Numbered from the stretch's first letter, positions 12,905 to 25,760 are shown. The stretch is 64,000 nucleotides of DNA from Octopus sinensis (GCF_006345805.1 NC_042997.1:168826001-168890000), one strand, 5' to 3'. Program-made: numbers and translations. Notes: a model not told the origin generated them from the sequence alone.

Positions 12905-13275
12905 AGGCGGCGAGCTGGCAGAAACGTTATCACGTCGGACGAAAGGCTTAGCAGTATATCGTCTGCCGCTACGTTCTGAGTTCAAATTCCGCCGAGGTCG
13001 ACTTTGCTTTTCATCCTTTCCGGGTCGATAAATTAAGTACCAGTTATGCACTGGGGTCGATGTAATCGACTTAATCCGTTTGTCCCCTCTGTGTTTATCC
13101 CCTTGTGAGTAGTAAAGAAATAGGTATTTCGTCAGCCGTTACGTTCTGAGTTCAAATTCCGTCGAGGTCGACTTTGCTTTTCATCCTTTCGGGGTAGATG
13201 AAGTAAGTACCAGTTACGCACAAAAGTCGATGTAATCCCTTTGTTTGTCCCCTCTGGGCAACAGAGAAATAAATA
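12905..13275 (+). mobile_element. SINE family B plus a head-to-tail partial second unit
   Basis: Full unit 12905-13122, followed directly by GTATTTCGTCAGCCGTTACG.. (internal start). Confidence 0.85.
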
Positions 13276-13584
13276 AAATATTCCTACACACACAAACATA
13301 GTTACACGTTATACACACTTAACTATCAAAATCAATTTCTCAGCGGTTTGCAACATAGGCACAAGATCACAATTTGCTGTAATAAAAATTATTTGACATG
13401 GTCAAAACACCTGGCCATAGTAGTAATTCATCAGAGACCCAAGTGAAGACTAACGGGTGACACACACACTCGACTGATAAACGAACATAAATATTAGACA
13501 AATTTGCTGAAAGTCAATACAACACCTTATTAGTTTATTTATAGTTTATGTATGCACACATGCATACATTCAAAGATATATATC

Positions 13585-13940
13585 TTTGTTTTATCTTTCT
13601 TTCATTTATTTCAGACATTGGGCTTTGGCCATGCTGAGGCACCGTCTCAATGGGTACTTTTAGTTAAACAATTCAACACCACTTATTCTTTCTCTTTCAC
13701 CGAACCGAAAGTTACAGGGACATAAACAAACCAGCACTGGTTGCTAAGCGGTGGGAGACAGACACAAACACACACATACTATGGGATTTTTTCAGTTTCT
13801 GTCTACCAAATCCATCCACAGGGCTTTGGTTGGCCCAAAGGTTATAGTAGAAGACACTTGTCTGTGGTACCATGCAATGGGACTGAACATGACACCATGT
13901 AATTCAGAAGCAAACTTCTTACCTCACAGTCTGCACCAAC
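13585..13940 (-). mobile_element. SINE family A (diverged)
   Basis: Reverse-complement family A motifs. Confidence 0.65.
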
Positions 13941-14894
13941 ATGGAGTGTGTGTGTATATAACAAACATATATGCATGCATATGCATACGTATACATGCAC
14001 ACATGGGTGCAGGCATGAATATCATTGCACATGTGGATTTTATTACATGCTAAAATTTTCGAATGTTTTACATATTTTCACACTACCTTTGATTGCCTGT
14101 GACTAATTGATTAGGCATGTTCTTTCTGCTTTTGTGAAACCCAGCTTTGCAAGACAGGAGCTGAGACAGTTATTCATGTAACTAAACAGTTCAATAATTA
14201 TGGATAGAAACTTATCTGCAAGTTGGCAGAATCATTAGCACACCAGACTCAATGCTTAGTGGCATTTCTTCCAGCTCTTTACATTCTGAGTTCAAATTCT
14301 TCCAAGGTCAACTTTATTTTCCACCCTTTCGGAGTCAACAAAATCAGTGCCAGTCATGCACTAGGGTCAATGTGATGGACCTGCCCCTTCCTACAAAATT
14401 TCAGACTTTGTACCTTTAGTGGCAATAGTAATTACTGTATAGAAATCTAAAGCTACTGTAAGAAGAAACCATGTAAGTATACATTCATACTTCCATATTA
14501 TGTGAATATTTGACAAAATGCAAGAAAAGTCACCAAATAGGAACAGAAAAACTTCAATAAAATGAGTGGTTAATAAGGATTTTTCTTTTTTTTTTTTCAT
14601 TTTTTAAAAAGATTTTGTGTAAAACATGCATTTACTTTTTCCACACACGAGTAAATGTCATTATGCAAATGTGTTGTGACTATGTACAAAAGTCACATAA
14701 AGTCACTTAATAAACCACTTAAAATATTACTTAATTCCTTCATGGCATTTAAATGAAATATGACATCTTTTCCCATGACATTATTTCCATACGACACACC
14801 ACACATTTACAAACACAAAATATTACAAATTATATAAAGGGCAATAGGTAAGCAGAATCAATGGAGAAAATGATTTGCATTTTTCTTAAACGTA

Positions 14895-15270
14895 GAAGTG
14901 GCTGTGTGGTAAGTAGCTTGCTTACCAACCACATGGTTCCGGGTTCAGTCCCACTGCGTGGCTTCTTGGGCAAATGTCTTCTGCTATAGCCTCGGGCCGA
15001 CCAAAGCCTTGTGAGTGGATTTGGTAGACGGAAACTGAAAGAAGCCTGTCGTATATATGTGTGTGTGTCTGTGTTTGTCCCCCTAGCATTGCTTGACAAC
15101 CAATGTTGGTGTGCCTATGTCCCCGTAACTTAGCAGTTCAGCAAAAGAAACCTATAGAATAAGTCCTAGGCTTACAAAGAATAAGTCCCGGGGCCGATTT
15201 GCTCGACTAAAGGCGGTGCTCCAGCATGGCCGCGGTCAAATGACTGAAACAAGTAAAAGAGTAAAGAGAG
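14895..15270 (+). mobile_element. SINE family A
   Basis: Near-consensus copy. Confidence 0.88.
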
Positions 15271-16247
15271 TTGAATACCACCAAACTCAACTTTGCCTTG
15301 TGGTTCTACTAACTTACTTCCTTCAAAATAGCTGGCCTTGTATCTAAAGTAGAAACAATAATTATTATTTGGCAGAATCATTAGCATGTCAGACAAAATG
15401 CTCCACAGGATTTCTTTCAGCCCTTTTTGTTCTGAGACATTATGTTCCCATGTGCCTTAACTTTGTCCTTCATCCTTTTGAGGTTGAAATACCCATCCTG
15501 GACTGGGGCCAATCTAATCGACTAACTCCTTCCCTTCAAAATTATTAGCCTTGTGCCCAAATTTGAAATGATTAAGGCAGCTAACTGGTGGAATTGTTAG
15601 CACGTAGGACAAAATGCTCAGTGAACTTCCAGCTCTTTATGTGTTGAGTTCAAATAACACCAAGGTCAACTTTGCTTTTCATCATTTCGGTGTCAATAAA
15701 ATGAAGTACCAGTCAAGTAGCAGAATTGATGTAATCAGCTAACCACCTCCTCCTAAAACTGCTGGCCTTGTACCAAAATTTGAAACAATTATTTTTACTA
15801 CTACTACTACTACATATGAATGTGTCAGCTCACAATACTCACTTTTCTTGCTTACCCAACTTCCCCTATGCTATACTCTCAATATACAAAAGTATTATTA
15901 CTTTCTGGCATTGTAAGTACTTATTTTTTTATATCTTGTCATTACATTTTCGATATTGTCTCAAAAAGAGAACAGTAAAAAGAAACAAGAGAGTGATTGT
16001 TGTTAAGAAGGACATTTATCTTCAGAAGTCAAGCCAAAATGGACTGGAGCCTGGTGCAGCTCTCCAGCTTACCACTTCCAATCAAATCATCCAACCCATA
16101 CTAACATAGAAAACGAACAGGTGCTAAAAAGAAAATAATAATGATAGCAAGTCAAAGCAGAGTGATTATTAGGCAATGTGGACAAACCACCTGTAAAGTA
16201 TAGGAGAATTTTGAGTCATATGTTTAAAAAATATCCAAATGGATATT

Positions 16248-16608
16248 CTTTTATTTGTTTGTCATTTGACTGTGGCCATGCTGGAGCACCACCTTTAGTC
16301 GAGCAAATCGACCCCAGTAAGCCTTGTACTTATTCTATTGGTTTCTCTTGCCAAACCACTAAGTGATGGGGACATAAACACACCACCATCGGTTGTCAAG
16401 CGATGTTGGGGGGACAAATACAGACACACAAACATATACATACACACACACACATATATATATATACATGACGGACTTCTTTCAGCTTCCATCTATCAAA
16501 TCCACTCACAAGGCTTTGATTGGCCCAAGGCTATAGCATAAGACACTTGCCCAAGGTGCCACGCAGTGAGACTGAGCCCGGAACCATGTGGTTCGTAAGC
16601 AAGCTACT
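16248..16608 (-). mobile_element. SINE family A
   Basis: Reverse-complement family A motifs. Confidence 0.82.
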
Positions 16609-17454
16609 TTATTTCATAAATATTTGCCATGAAGGCATTACAAAGAGGGGACGAACAAGAACAGACAAACATAAAAAAGTGAAGTAGCTGTAGCAATTAA
16701 ATATTTACAATTTAAAATATACAATAATTTAATAAATATGTTTATAACTTTGTAATGCTCGTTTCTGGGGTTTGGATAATTTGCAAGAAATTTTGAAAAA
16801 AAAATAGCAGGTAAACTAATTTGGTGATCTTTTAATTTAGGACATCACTTTCACTTTCTTCACAGTTATCATCATTTTCTTGAGTAGCTAACAATGAGAT
16901 TTTAGATTGTTTTCTCAATTGTAATTGGAGCCAACTTGTTTGTTACATGCTTGAGATATTATGTGTTACTTCTTCATTTTTTTTTTTGTAGTCATACACA
17001 CGTGTGTGTGTGTGTGCACATAGGTGTATCTGTGTTTGTTTAAACATTAGTGTTTCTCCAAAAGTTACTGAGTTATAAACAGTCGTTATTGTTATCACTT
17101 CCTCTCTCAGTAAATCATCCACTGGCTTTGTGCTTTCAAAAGACATGTGGAGTAAGAGAGCCCTTACTTGAAAAACAAATGAAAGTGAGTGACAGGAAAG
17201 GCATCTAGCTGTAAAATTATGTCTCAGTAATATACATTTATTTAACCCAAGGGTTCTCGACCACTTTTATCTATGGACCCCTTTGATTACTATTTCATTT
17301 TGGTGGACCCCCATAACTATTTGATGGTTAAAAATTACTTTTATATAAACTTCTTTCAAAATTCCTATTTTGTTTTTCACACATTAACTTGTGTAGGTTG
17401 AACTATGTAAAACATTAGAGAAAGAAACCTAGCTGTTTTTTGCAATACATACCT

Positions 17455-17686
17455 ATTTCTTTACTACCCACAAGGGGTTAAACACAGAGGGAACAAACAA
17501 GGACAGACAAACGGATTAAGTCGATTATATCGACCCCAGTGCATAACTGGTACTTATTTAATCGACCCCGAAAGGATGAAAGGCAAAGTCGACCTCAGCG
17601 GAATTTGAACTCAGAACATAACGGCAGATGAAATACGGCTACGAATTTCGCCCGGCGTGCTAACATTTCTGCCAGTTCGCTGCCTT
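17455..17686 (-). mobile_element. SINE family B
   Basis: Near-consensus reverse-complement copy. Confidence 0.88.
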
Positions 17687-17850
17687 GAATCACATTTATA
17701 TTTTTATGAAGAAACAATTGATAGTGGCTCAAGTTGCTTTTACCATAAGCTTTCCTAAGTTAATACGATTCTATATTAAAGAGATGAGGAATTATGTACA
17801 TTATTTACATTATTTACATTTGACGGATATTTGTCCTCATCTTGTCTGTT

Positions 17851-17894
17851 GTTAACACAACATTTCGGCTGATATACCCTCCAGCCTTCATCAA
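17851..17894 (-). ncRNA. Truncated hammerhead-ribozyme-like motif (Penelope-type)
   Basis: Minus strand reads TTGATGA-A-GGCTG-GAGGGTATAT-CAGCC-GAAAT-GTTGT-GTT. Stem II is perfect, C3 is mutated and the stem I partner is lost. Confidence 0.5.
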
Positions 17895-17934
17895 TGTTAT
17901 CATTATCATTATTATTATTATTCCGAGTTCGATT

Positions 17935-18110
17935 CCAGGCACACACAACTCAACATCACCTTGGAGGATGCAGAGCGGTGGGACAGACAGCAATGGCAAG
18001 CACTGGTGGACCTGGTCGGCTCTACGCATGATGATGACTCTGGGACCACTAACTTGGAATGACCCCATCTCCATCCAGCAAGAGCATGAAGCCAAGCTGA
18101 CACCATAACA
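17935..18110 (+). mobile_element. Short 3' fragment of an RTE-like LINE
   Basis: One frame reads LNITLEDAERWDRQQWQALVDLVGSTHDDD..*, typical of an RTE ORF C-terminus. Confidence 0.45.
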
Positions 18111-18160
18111 CACATAAACATGTATATACGCACACAGGCATACATTCAAATGTATGTGTA

Positions 18161-18198
<38 letters not shown>

Positions 18199-18461
18199 AA
18201 TATCAAACAGTGAGAATGAGTGCTCAACAGAACATTGGTTGATATATATATATATATATATATATTTTTGAGTAGTTGAATGAATTATCTTATTATGGAT
18301 AATTCAGTTAACCGATACCTGGGTAGCAAATTCACGTCAGAAAACACGGTTGAAGCTACATGCCAAGGGAAGAGATCACGTGCTTTCATGTGGAAATTTG
18401 TGTGTTTTTTTAAAAATACAAATAAATGAAAGAATGGAGTTGAACGACGAATTAACAAAAT

Positions 18462-18556
18462 TCCTTTATTCTTGACATGTTTCGAAGGCTGCATATTCCT
18501 AATTTTGAAGGAATAAGGGGTGCATTATGCCGCCTTCTCATCAGGAAAAAATAAGG
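18462..18556 (-). ncRNA. Type I minimal hammerhead ribozyme candidate (Penelope-like element remnant)
   Basis: Minus strand reads CTGATGA (18544-18538), stem II GAAGGC/GCCTTC extended by GCATA/TATGC, GAAA, palindromic stem III ACATGT and GTC cleavage triplet (18476-18474); stem I is imperfect. Confidence 0.72.
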
Positions 18557-18938
18557 AACTTATGTCAGCATCAAGATGCACAAGAACTTTTAGATGACTG
18601 CCCACACGGAGCCCATAGCGATAATATATATATATATATATATGCTTCATTTGTGGGTTAACAAGGCTACTATTGTTTCATGCTGAGAGAAATCTCAGCC
18701 ACTATCAAGTCTGCCACATGAGACATTGGTGAAAGTCTCCATCTTGGATGACAAAATTTAATATAAATACAATTTCCATCTACCAGATCCATTCTAAAGG
18801 GTTTGCTCAATCCGAGGCTATAGTAGAAGACATTTGACCAAGGTACCACACTGGGACTGAACCCAAAACCATGTGGCTGAGAAGTAAACTTCTTACCACA
18901 CAGCCTGTGCCAAATAATATTTATATATACAAGTATAT

Positions 18939-19004
<66 letters not shown>

Positions 19005-19347
19005 CTCAGTGACATTGAAATGGACGGCCAAAGTTCTTATAAAACCACAGGGGTCCAGCAGACCAACGGAAATAACACTTCTTCACTCTCAGATATAAAT
19101 GCGCACACACACACACACACACACGCACACACACACACACACATACACACATATTTCTCTCTGTCTCACTTCCTCCTCACCACTACTACGAAACTATAAA
19201 AAGTTCAAACTACCCACAACTGATTTGATTTGAAAACCCACTAGAATGGGAGCAAGCGCTAATCCGAATGATATGATATATATGTAAAAAATGTAATATA
19301 TAAATAAATATCTACAAATATGAACCATCTGATCTGATTACCTCAAT

Positions 19348-19385
<38 letters not shown>

Positions 19386-19649
19386 CAGTAATCTCTCGAC
19401 TATCATAGGTGTTATGTTCCAAAAGACCCCTTGATAGGTGAAAATCCAGGAAGTAGAAACAGTACTGTACTGCATATTTTTTTTTATTATTTTTATAATT
19501 TGTATATATCTATTTTATTATAAATGCAAAACAACATCACAGAGGAATCGACATAGGCTTGAATAATAAACTGCGATAGGTGAACCGTGATAAGGCAAGG
19601 GATTACTGTATACATACATATATATATATATATTCTCTTATTCTCTCTC

Positions 19650-20293
19650 TCTCTCTCGTTGCTCACACATGACCATCGTTCATCTTTCTTTTCCTCACAT
19701 GACCATCTTTCTTTTCCTGCACGGACGTTCAAAGGACTGGACGATTTTTTTATTTCTCTCTTCTATCTTTCCTCTTTGCAAGGAAAATATTTCTGCCAGC
19801 ATTACTATTTTTCTCTCATTCTAGTCTAACGAGCCTCTGTGTTTGTTTTTGTTCAATTTTCTTGTATGTCTCCACTATCCTGGTTTTGTACCCATATTAG
19901 ACCCTCCATAAATCCTAAATTTTATTTTAGAATTTATGGGAGCAACTGTCTTTGAAGACTCATATTGTCACTGAATGCTCGAAATGAGGAGTAGATAGAG
20001 AGCTGACAACTGATGACGGGTCTTTTCTCTGTCTACTTGTCTTGTTTCCATTGTTTTCTCCCGTTGTTTACATATTTCATGTTGTTTACACAGTTGGTGA
20101 TGTCTTGTACCCATATATGCACATCACTAGCCACTAAACCTTTTTCTATTTTCTCTCCCTGTTTATTTCTGTGTTCCTTTCTGTTGAAGAGCGTAGGCTC
20201 AAAACACAAAAGACTTTCTCACTTCCTGAGTGTTAAACTAAAACTAATACATCTGTTTGTTGTTTACACACCCATCTTAGTCTTTTGTTTTTT
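19650..20293 (+). mobile_element. Probable Penelope-like element terminal-repeat remnants
   Basis: Shares GCTCGAAAT..GACAACTGATGA with 41690-42060 (minus), and GAAGAGCGTAGGCTC(G/A)AAAC..CTAATACATCTGTTTG with 23585-23700. No coding part is seen. Confidence 0.45.
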
Positions 20294-21250
20294 GTAGTCA
20301 GTCCACCTGTGCATACCTTCCTCCTTGTGATACTTGTGAAGGCCTGTTGAGGCAAGTGAAAATCAAAATGAAATCAAAACAAATCAATCAAATCAAATCA
20401 AAACAAATCAAAATAGATGAACATTAATGGAATTGTATCTTGTGGTACCAGTGCCGGTGGCACACAAGAAAACCATCCGAACGTGGCCGTAGCCAGTACC
20501 GCACCGACTGGCCTCCGTGCTGTGGGCACGTAACAAACACCATCCAATCGTGGCCGTTCGCCAGCCTCATCTGGCACCTGTGTCGGTGGCACATAAAAAC
20601 ACCATCCGAAGACCCGGCAAGACTAGTCAGGCCATAACCTGTGGCCCCTACCTGGGACGTAGTCAGTCCACCTGTGCATACCTTCCTTCTTGTGACACTT
20701 GTGAAGACCTGTTGAGGCAAGTGAAAATCAAATCAAATCAAATCAAAACAAATCAAAATAGATGAACATCAATGGAATTTGTATCTTTGTGGTACCAGTG
20801 CCGGTGGCACGTGGCACACAAGAAAACCATCCGAACGTGGCCGTAGCCAGTACCGCATCGACTGGCCTCCGTGCTGTGGGCACGTAACAAACACCATCCG
20901 ATCGTGGCCGTTTGCCAGCCTCATCTGGCACCTGTGTCGGTGGCACATAAAAACACCATCCGAGCGTGGCCGTCTGCCAGCCTCGTCTGGCACCTGTGTC
21001 GGTGGCACATAAAAACACCATCCGAGCGTGGCCGTTTGCCAGCCTCGTCTGGCACCTGTGTCGGTGGCACATAAAATCACCCACTACACTCTCGGAGTGG
21101 TTGGCGTTAGGAAGGGCATCCAGCTGTAGAAACACTGCCAGATCTGACTGGACTGGTGCAGCTTTCGGGCTCCCCAGACCCCAGTCAAACCGTCCAACCC
21201 ATGCTAGCATGGAAAGCGGACGTTAAATGATGATGATGATGATGATGATG
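20294..21250 (+). mobile_element. Two tandem 5'-truncated 3'-end copies of the RTE LINE family (3' UTR with 62-bp repeats and (GAT)n tail)
   Basis: 20294-20609 repeats the sequence from 20659 on. 20608-20626 GAAGACCCGGCAAGACTAG is the last codons and stop of the LINE ORF. The element ends CGTCCAACCCATGCTAGCATGGAAAGCGGACGTTAAA(TGA)n. Confidence 0.9.
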
Positions 21251-21259
21251 ATATATATA

Positions 21260-21770
21260 TTAGCAGTATCGCCCGGCGTTGCTCGGGTTTGTAAGGGAAA
21301 TAACTATATAAGCATTTTTAGAGAGTTACCCTTATAGATGTTATAGAGTTACCCTTTCTTAGCCATTTCTGTTTTGGTGTCTTCAAGCCATGAAGTCGTT
21401 GTTCTAAAAGAACGCTGGTCTCCTTGACAACGCATTACGACATTGATTTCTTTACACTCCCTTCCTCACAGCTTCACGAGGGAGGGAAGGGGAAGAAGCA
21501 AACAGGTGCAGCTGTGAGCGTGGACGCCAACTCCGCCGCCATCGACACACGAAAAATTATGCATTAAAATAGAATAAAAAATGATGTCAAATTATTTTTT
21601 AAAATCGTAGACTCATCATAGACGCACGCTAATAGCCAGACGGGCTCGATATGAATCACGACTATAAGATACCCGAATTTGGTTAAACTGCACCGCAAAA
21701 TGTGGGAGGAGTTAGGAATCTAAATCGAAGGGGACAGACACTCACACAACTAGAGTTTTATATATATAGA
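21260..21770 (-). mobile_element. Non-autonomous Helitron-like element
   Basis: Reverse complement of the 61089-61586 element: TC start, subterminal CCCG..CGGG hairpin, CTA(G/A) end. Confidence 0.8.
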
Positions 21771-22599
21771 TATATTCACATATTGTCAGTATATCATAGA
21801 TCTGAAAAAGAAGTACACTCTAAAGTATAGAGCAGTAATGTATTTACATGCAGTTAAATATATGTCCAGTCTTAGAGTGAGAAATGGTTTCACATCCATG
21901 AAGTGCTTAGCTCTATGGACAACTCGTCAGACTCTAATGGCAGAGGAAACATAACCACTCTTCAAACTGGAGGTAGAAAATTGCTGAAATTACTGAAAAT
22001 TACTGAATAAAATACTGTTTGAGCTTATGTGTGTGTGTGTGTGGATGTGCGCACGCGCGTTGGATGTGCATAAACTTGGTCATGTTTCAAAATAAGCACT
22101 GGCCCAGGCCATATCTAACTTGATACCACCACCTGGTAATTTCTCAAAGTTAAGTATAAGTCATGTTTGTGTTTTAAGATAACTTATCAGAAATGTATTT
22201 GATGACCAAAACATAATAAATTAAAGTATCCTTTATCCTTGTATCCTTCAGAAGAATTTGTCCAGATACCATTTTAACATCATCAGGCCCTTTTCTTTGT
22301 GAATTTGTTTTAGGATAATGTTAAATGTAGTTGGGCCAGCTGAAAATAAAATAGTTGTCACAATTATTTATATGTTTTGAGCCTGACTTTTGTCTATGAA
22401 CATACGGCACATGGTCCCAACCTCATGTGATTTTTAAACTGAATGCTATGATCATTTGGGTAGTCGCAATAGTTTCCCCAGAAGTGAATAGACCAGTGGT
22501 TTTCAATAGGGGCCCATATATAATTTGTTGTTAAAATTTATGTGCAATATATTAGACATACATATGCAATACACATATTATACTTTACATATAAAATAT

Positions 22600-23007
22600 A
22601 TTAATATATGGGACAAGAACGCAAAACATCCAGACTGTTGGGTGATACAAGAAAGGGACAACAAAACATCTAGATAGACGATACAAAGTAAAACAAGGAC
22701 GGGTCATTCGGAGTTTTCTTTCCTCAGTCAAGTTCCAGATTATCTATGCAATTTCGGCTGGTTATACTCGAGATTGCTCCAATCTGGCCAGCCCCAAGGA
22801 AAAACTAAGCTAAGAGCATTAGATTCCTTGGAAGAAAGCAGCGAATGTATACGAAAACAAAGATAGAAAAACCGGAGAAAGTTACACAAATACTAATAAC
22901 AGGTGTCTTTCGACTGAGGACGAATTAAATTAAGCTGGCGTGTGTGGAAATAAAGCCTTACAGCAGGGATACAATATTTCACAGGCACAGGGAAGAATAT
23001 AGATGTT

Positions 23008-23039
<32 letters not shown>

Positions 23040-23130
23040 TTCCTTCTTTCCTGAGCGTCAATAATACTTTAATTGTTCCACGTCCTGCGTTGGTGTGTTT
23101 TTTTCTCTTTTTTTCTGTGTTTTCTTGTTT
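22600..23130. mobile_element. Possible Penelope-like terminal-repeat remnant
   Basis: Composition and decayed CTGAGGA..CGAA motifs only. Confidence 0.3.
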
Positions 23131-24120
23131 GGATTAACTATATATATATATATATATATAAAATATCAATAGGTACAGTATATCGAAATGGTTGAGAATC
23201 TGTCTCACAACCAAAAGTCCTTAGGCATTTTCTATAGTCTCAAGTCACTCCAGATTAGGTGGATAGTGCCTGCAACACAGATAGTATTACCTTGTCTCAC
23301 ACACTGTCATGCTGATACTCCCTGATACTGTATACACAAGACTGGAATGCTTGGCTATTTGTATATTAATTCAGGAGCAGGTAAGTCAGTTGACTGAACA
23401 ATGAATCCTTGTTGCCAAACAATGGGATCCACCACCATGTATTTAGATAACACACACATACATATGAATATGTATAATAATATATGTAATATCAATATAA
23501 TATATATATATATGTATATGTCGCCATGATAGATTGTTAGCCACTACACACATTTTTTTCTCTCCTTGTTTTTTCTGTGTCCCTTTCTGTAGAAGAGCAT
23601 AGGCTCAAAACGTAAAAGAAATTTTTCTATTCCTGAGCGTTATACTAATACATCTGTTTGTTCTGTACACCACCTGTCTTTGTCTTTTGTTTTTTCGTAA
23701 ACTCTCCCTATATATATATAAAATATATTTATAGGTGCAAGCATAGCTTTATGTTTAAGATGCTTGTTCCGCAGCTATGTGGTTTTAGATTCAGCCCCAC
23801 TGCATGTTATCTTGGGCATGTTTTTTTCTATAGCCCCAGGCCAACCAATACCTCATGAGTGGATATGGTAGAAGGAACTGTGCAGAAGCCCATTGTGTGT
23901 GTGTTTGTGTATAACACATACTGTTGGTGATTTTTTCCCCTTCTTTGAACTTTTCCTTTTCCTTTCCAACAACAAGGTATGCTCAAAACATCAAAAACTC
24001 TCTCTTTTTACTGAATGTCAAACTAATACATTCCATGTGTACATCCTCTTGTTGTTTGTTATTGTTATTTCTAATGTTCATTTATTCGATTTGAATATAT
24101 ATATATATATATATATATTT

Positions 24121-24175
24121 AGTCCAACCCATGCTAGCATAGAAAGTGGATGTTAAACGATGATGATGATGATGA

Positions 24176-24179
<4 letters not shown>
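24121..24179 (+). mobile_element. Extremely 5'-truncated RTE 3' tail inside an (AT)n tract
   Basis: GTCCAACCCATGCTAGCATAGAAAGTGGATGTTAAAC(GAT)n flanked by (AT)n on both sides. Confidence 0.8.
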
Positions 24180-24215
<36 letters not shown>

Positions 24216-24216
<1 letters not shown>

Positions 24217-24608
24217 GCTCAAGTATGACTGTGTGGTAAGAAGCTTGCTTCCAACCACATGGTTCTGGGTTCAGTCTCACTGTACGGCATCTTGAGCAAG
24301 TGGCTTCTATTTTTATAGCCTTGGGCTCACTAAAACCTTGTGAGTGGATTTGGTAGATGGAAACAGAAAGAAGCCCGTTGTGTGTATGTGTGTGTGTCTT
24401 TGTATCTGTCTGTCTCTTACCATCAGTTTGCAACTGGTGTTCTTGTGTTCACATCACTGTAACTTGACAAAAAAGACCAATAAAAGTAACAGGTTTACAA
24501 ACAAAAAAAAATGTCAAGACCTGGAGTTGATTCATTTGATTAAAAATTATTCAAGGCAGTGCCTCAGCATAGCTGCAGTCTAATGACTGAATCAAGTAAA
24601 AGAAAGAT
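24216..24608 (+). mobile_element. SINE family A (diverged)
   Basis: Family A head, body and tail. Confidence 0.75.
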
Positions 24609-25409
24609 ATCAGTCAAACAAATCTCTGAGTTGTCAGTAACTCAAGAGGAGTTTACCACAAACAGTTTTGCTATGATTAAAACAAATATCAATAATGCTT
24701 AATCATCTCTATATTTCTTTAATAAGAATTGATTCTTAAATTTTAATTGGGGTATGTGGATAAATTAAATACAGACAGGAAGGAAAAGAAAGAAAATACT
24801 ATTTTATTTACAATATGCATAATTTAGGGCTAATAATGAATAAGTCCAATGCCTCCTTAAAAGCAGGCCACCATCATCTCCCAGTCAAGGCAATGTATGG
24901 AGCCTCAGCATAGAACCCCTATATAAATGTCACCATGTACATAAATTAGCAATGGGCTCTGAGATCCATGGAGCTCCTGGGTAACTTGCCATTTTGCCCA
25001 TGCCTTAAGATAGCAATGCATTGGTTACTAAATGGTTGCTCAACTTGGAAGAAGCAGTAGCAAAATCTTCCTTAAATAAAGCCTACTGTTTAAAACTGTT
25101 TGAAAAGAACAAAGAAGTACGCAATACTTATCATGGAGCTTGAGACACAAATAAAACTGAATGACCATGAGATAAAATGCTTTTGAATATAGGTCTGTTC
25201 AGTCAGATCTGGCCTGCAACTGGCTAAACACTATCTGCTAGATGTTCAACTATTTACTATGTTCATCATGTATATATAGGTTATGAGAGCTAATGGTGTC
25301 ATTGAGACCCAAAGGTGTCAAGTAATGCTGAATAAGTGCTATAGATAGACAAAAGTTAAGTTCCAAGTTCAGTGATTTTGTGAATAAGGGGGTCAACGTT
25401 GGTCATATG

Positions 25410-25760
25410 TCAGCGTGTGTATATAAAAAAATTTTTCACAATAAGATAAAAAAGAAATGCTGGGTAGATTTTAGAACATTTATATATAGAAGGTCTTACA
25501 GCTGTTTCCAGGATATTTATTAATTATATCCCTTCATCGGAGATAGTGTGAGAAGATGGTTAAGTAATAGTTAACTTAATATGAAAATTATTATCTAAAT
25601 TAACTATTACTTAACTATCCTCTCACACCGTCACCGATGAAGGGATATAATAAATATCCTGCAAACAGCTGTAAGACCTTCTATCTAAAAATGTTCTAAA
25701 ATCTACTCAGCCTTGGTTTTTTATCTCATTATGAACAAAATATTTACATATATATGGCTG
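25410..25760. mobile_element. Foldback / palindromic MITE
   Basis: Core arms GCTG(G/A)GTAGATTTTAGAACATTT..AGAAGGTCTTACAGCTGTTT..TATATCCCTTCATCGG..GTTAAGTAATAGTTAA (25459-25580), mirrored at 25595-25711. Confidence 0.8.

Noticed and set aside
17245-17310. hAT-like terminus CAAGGGTTCTCGACC (and CAGTGGTTTTCAA at about 22495)
   Set aside because: No matching opposite TIR or TSD found
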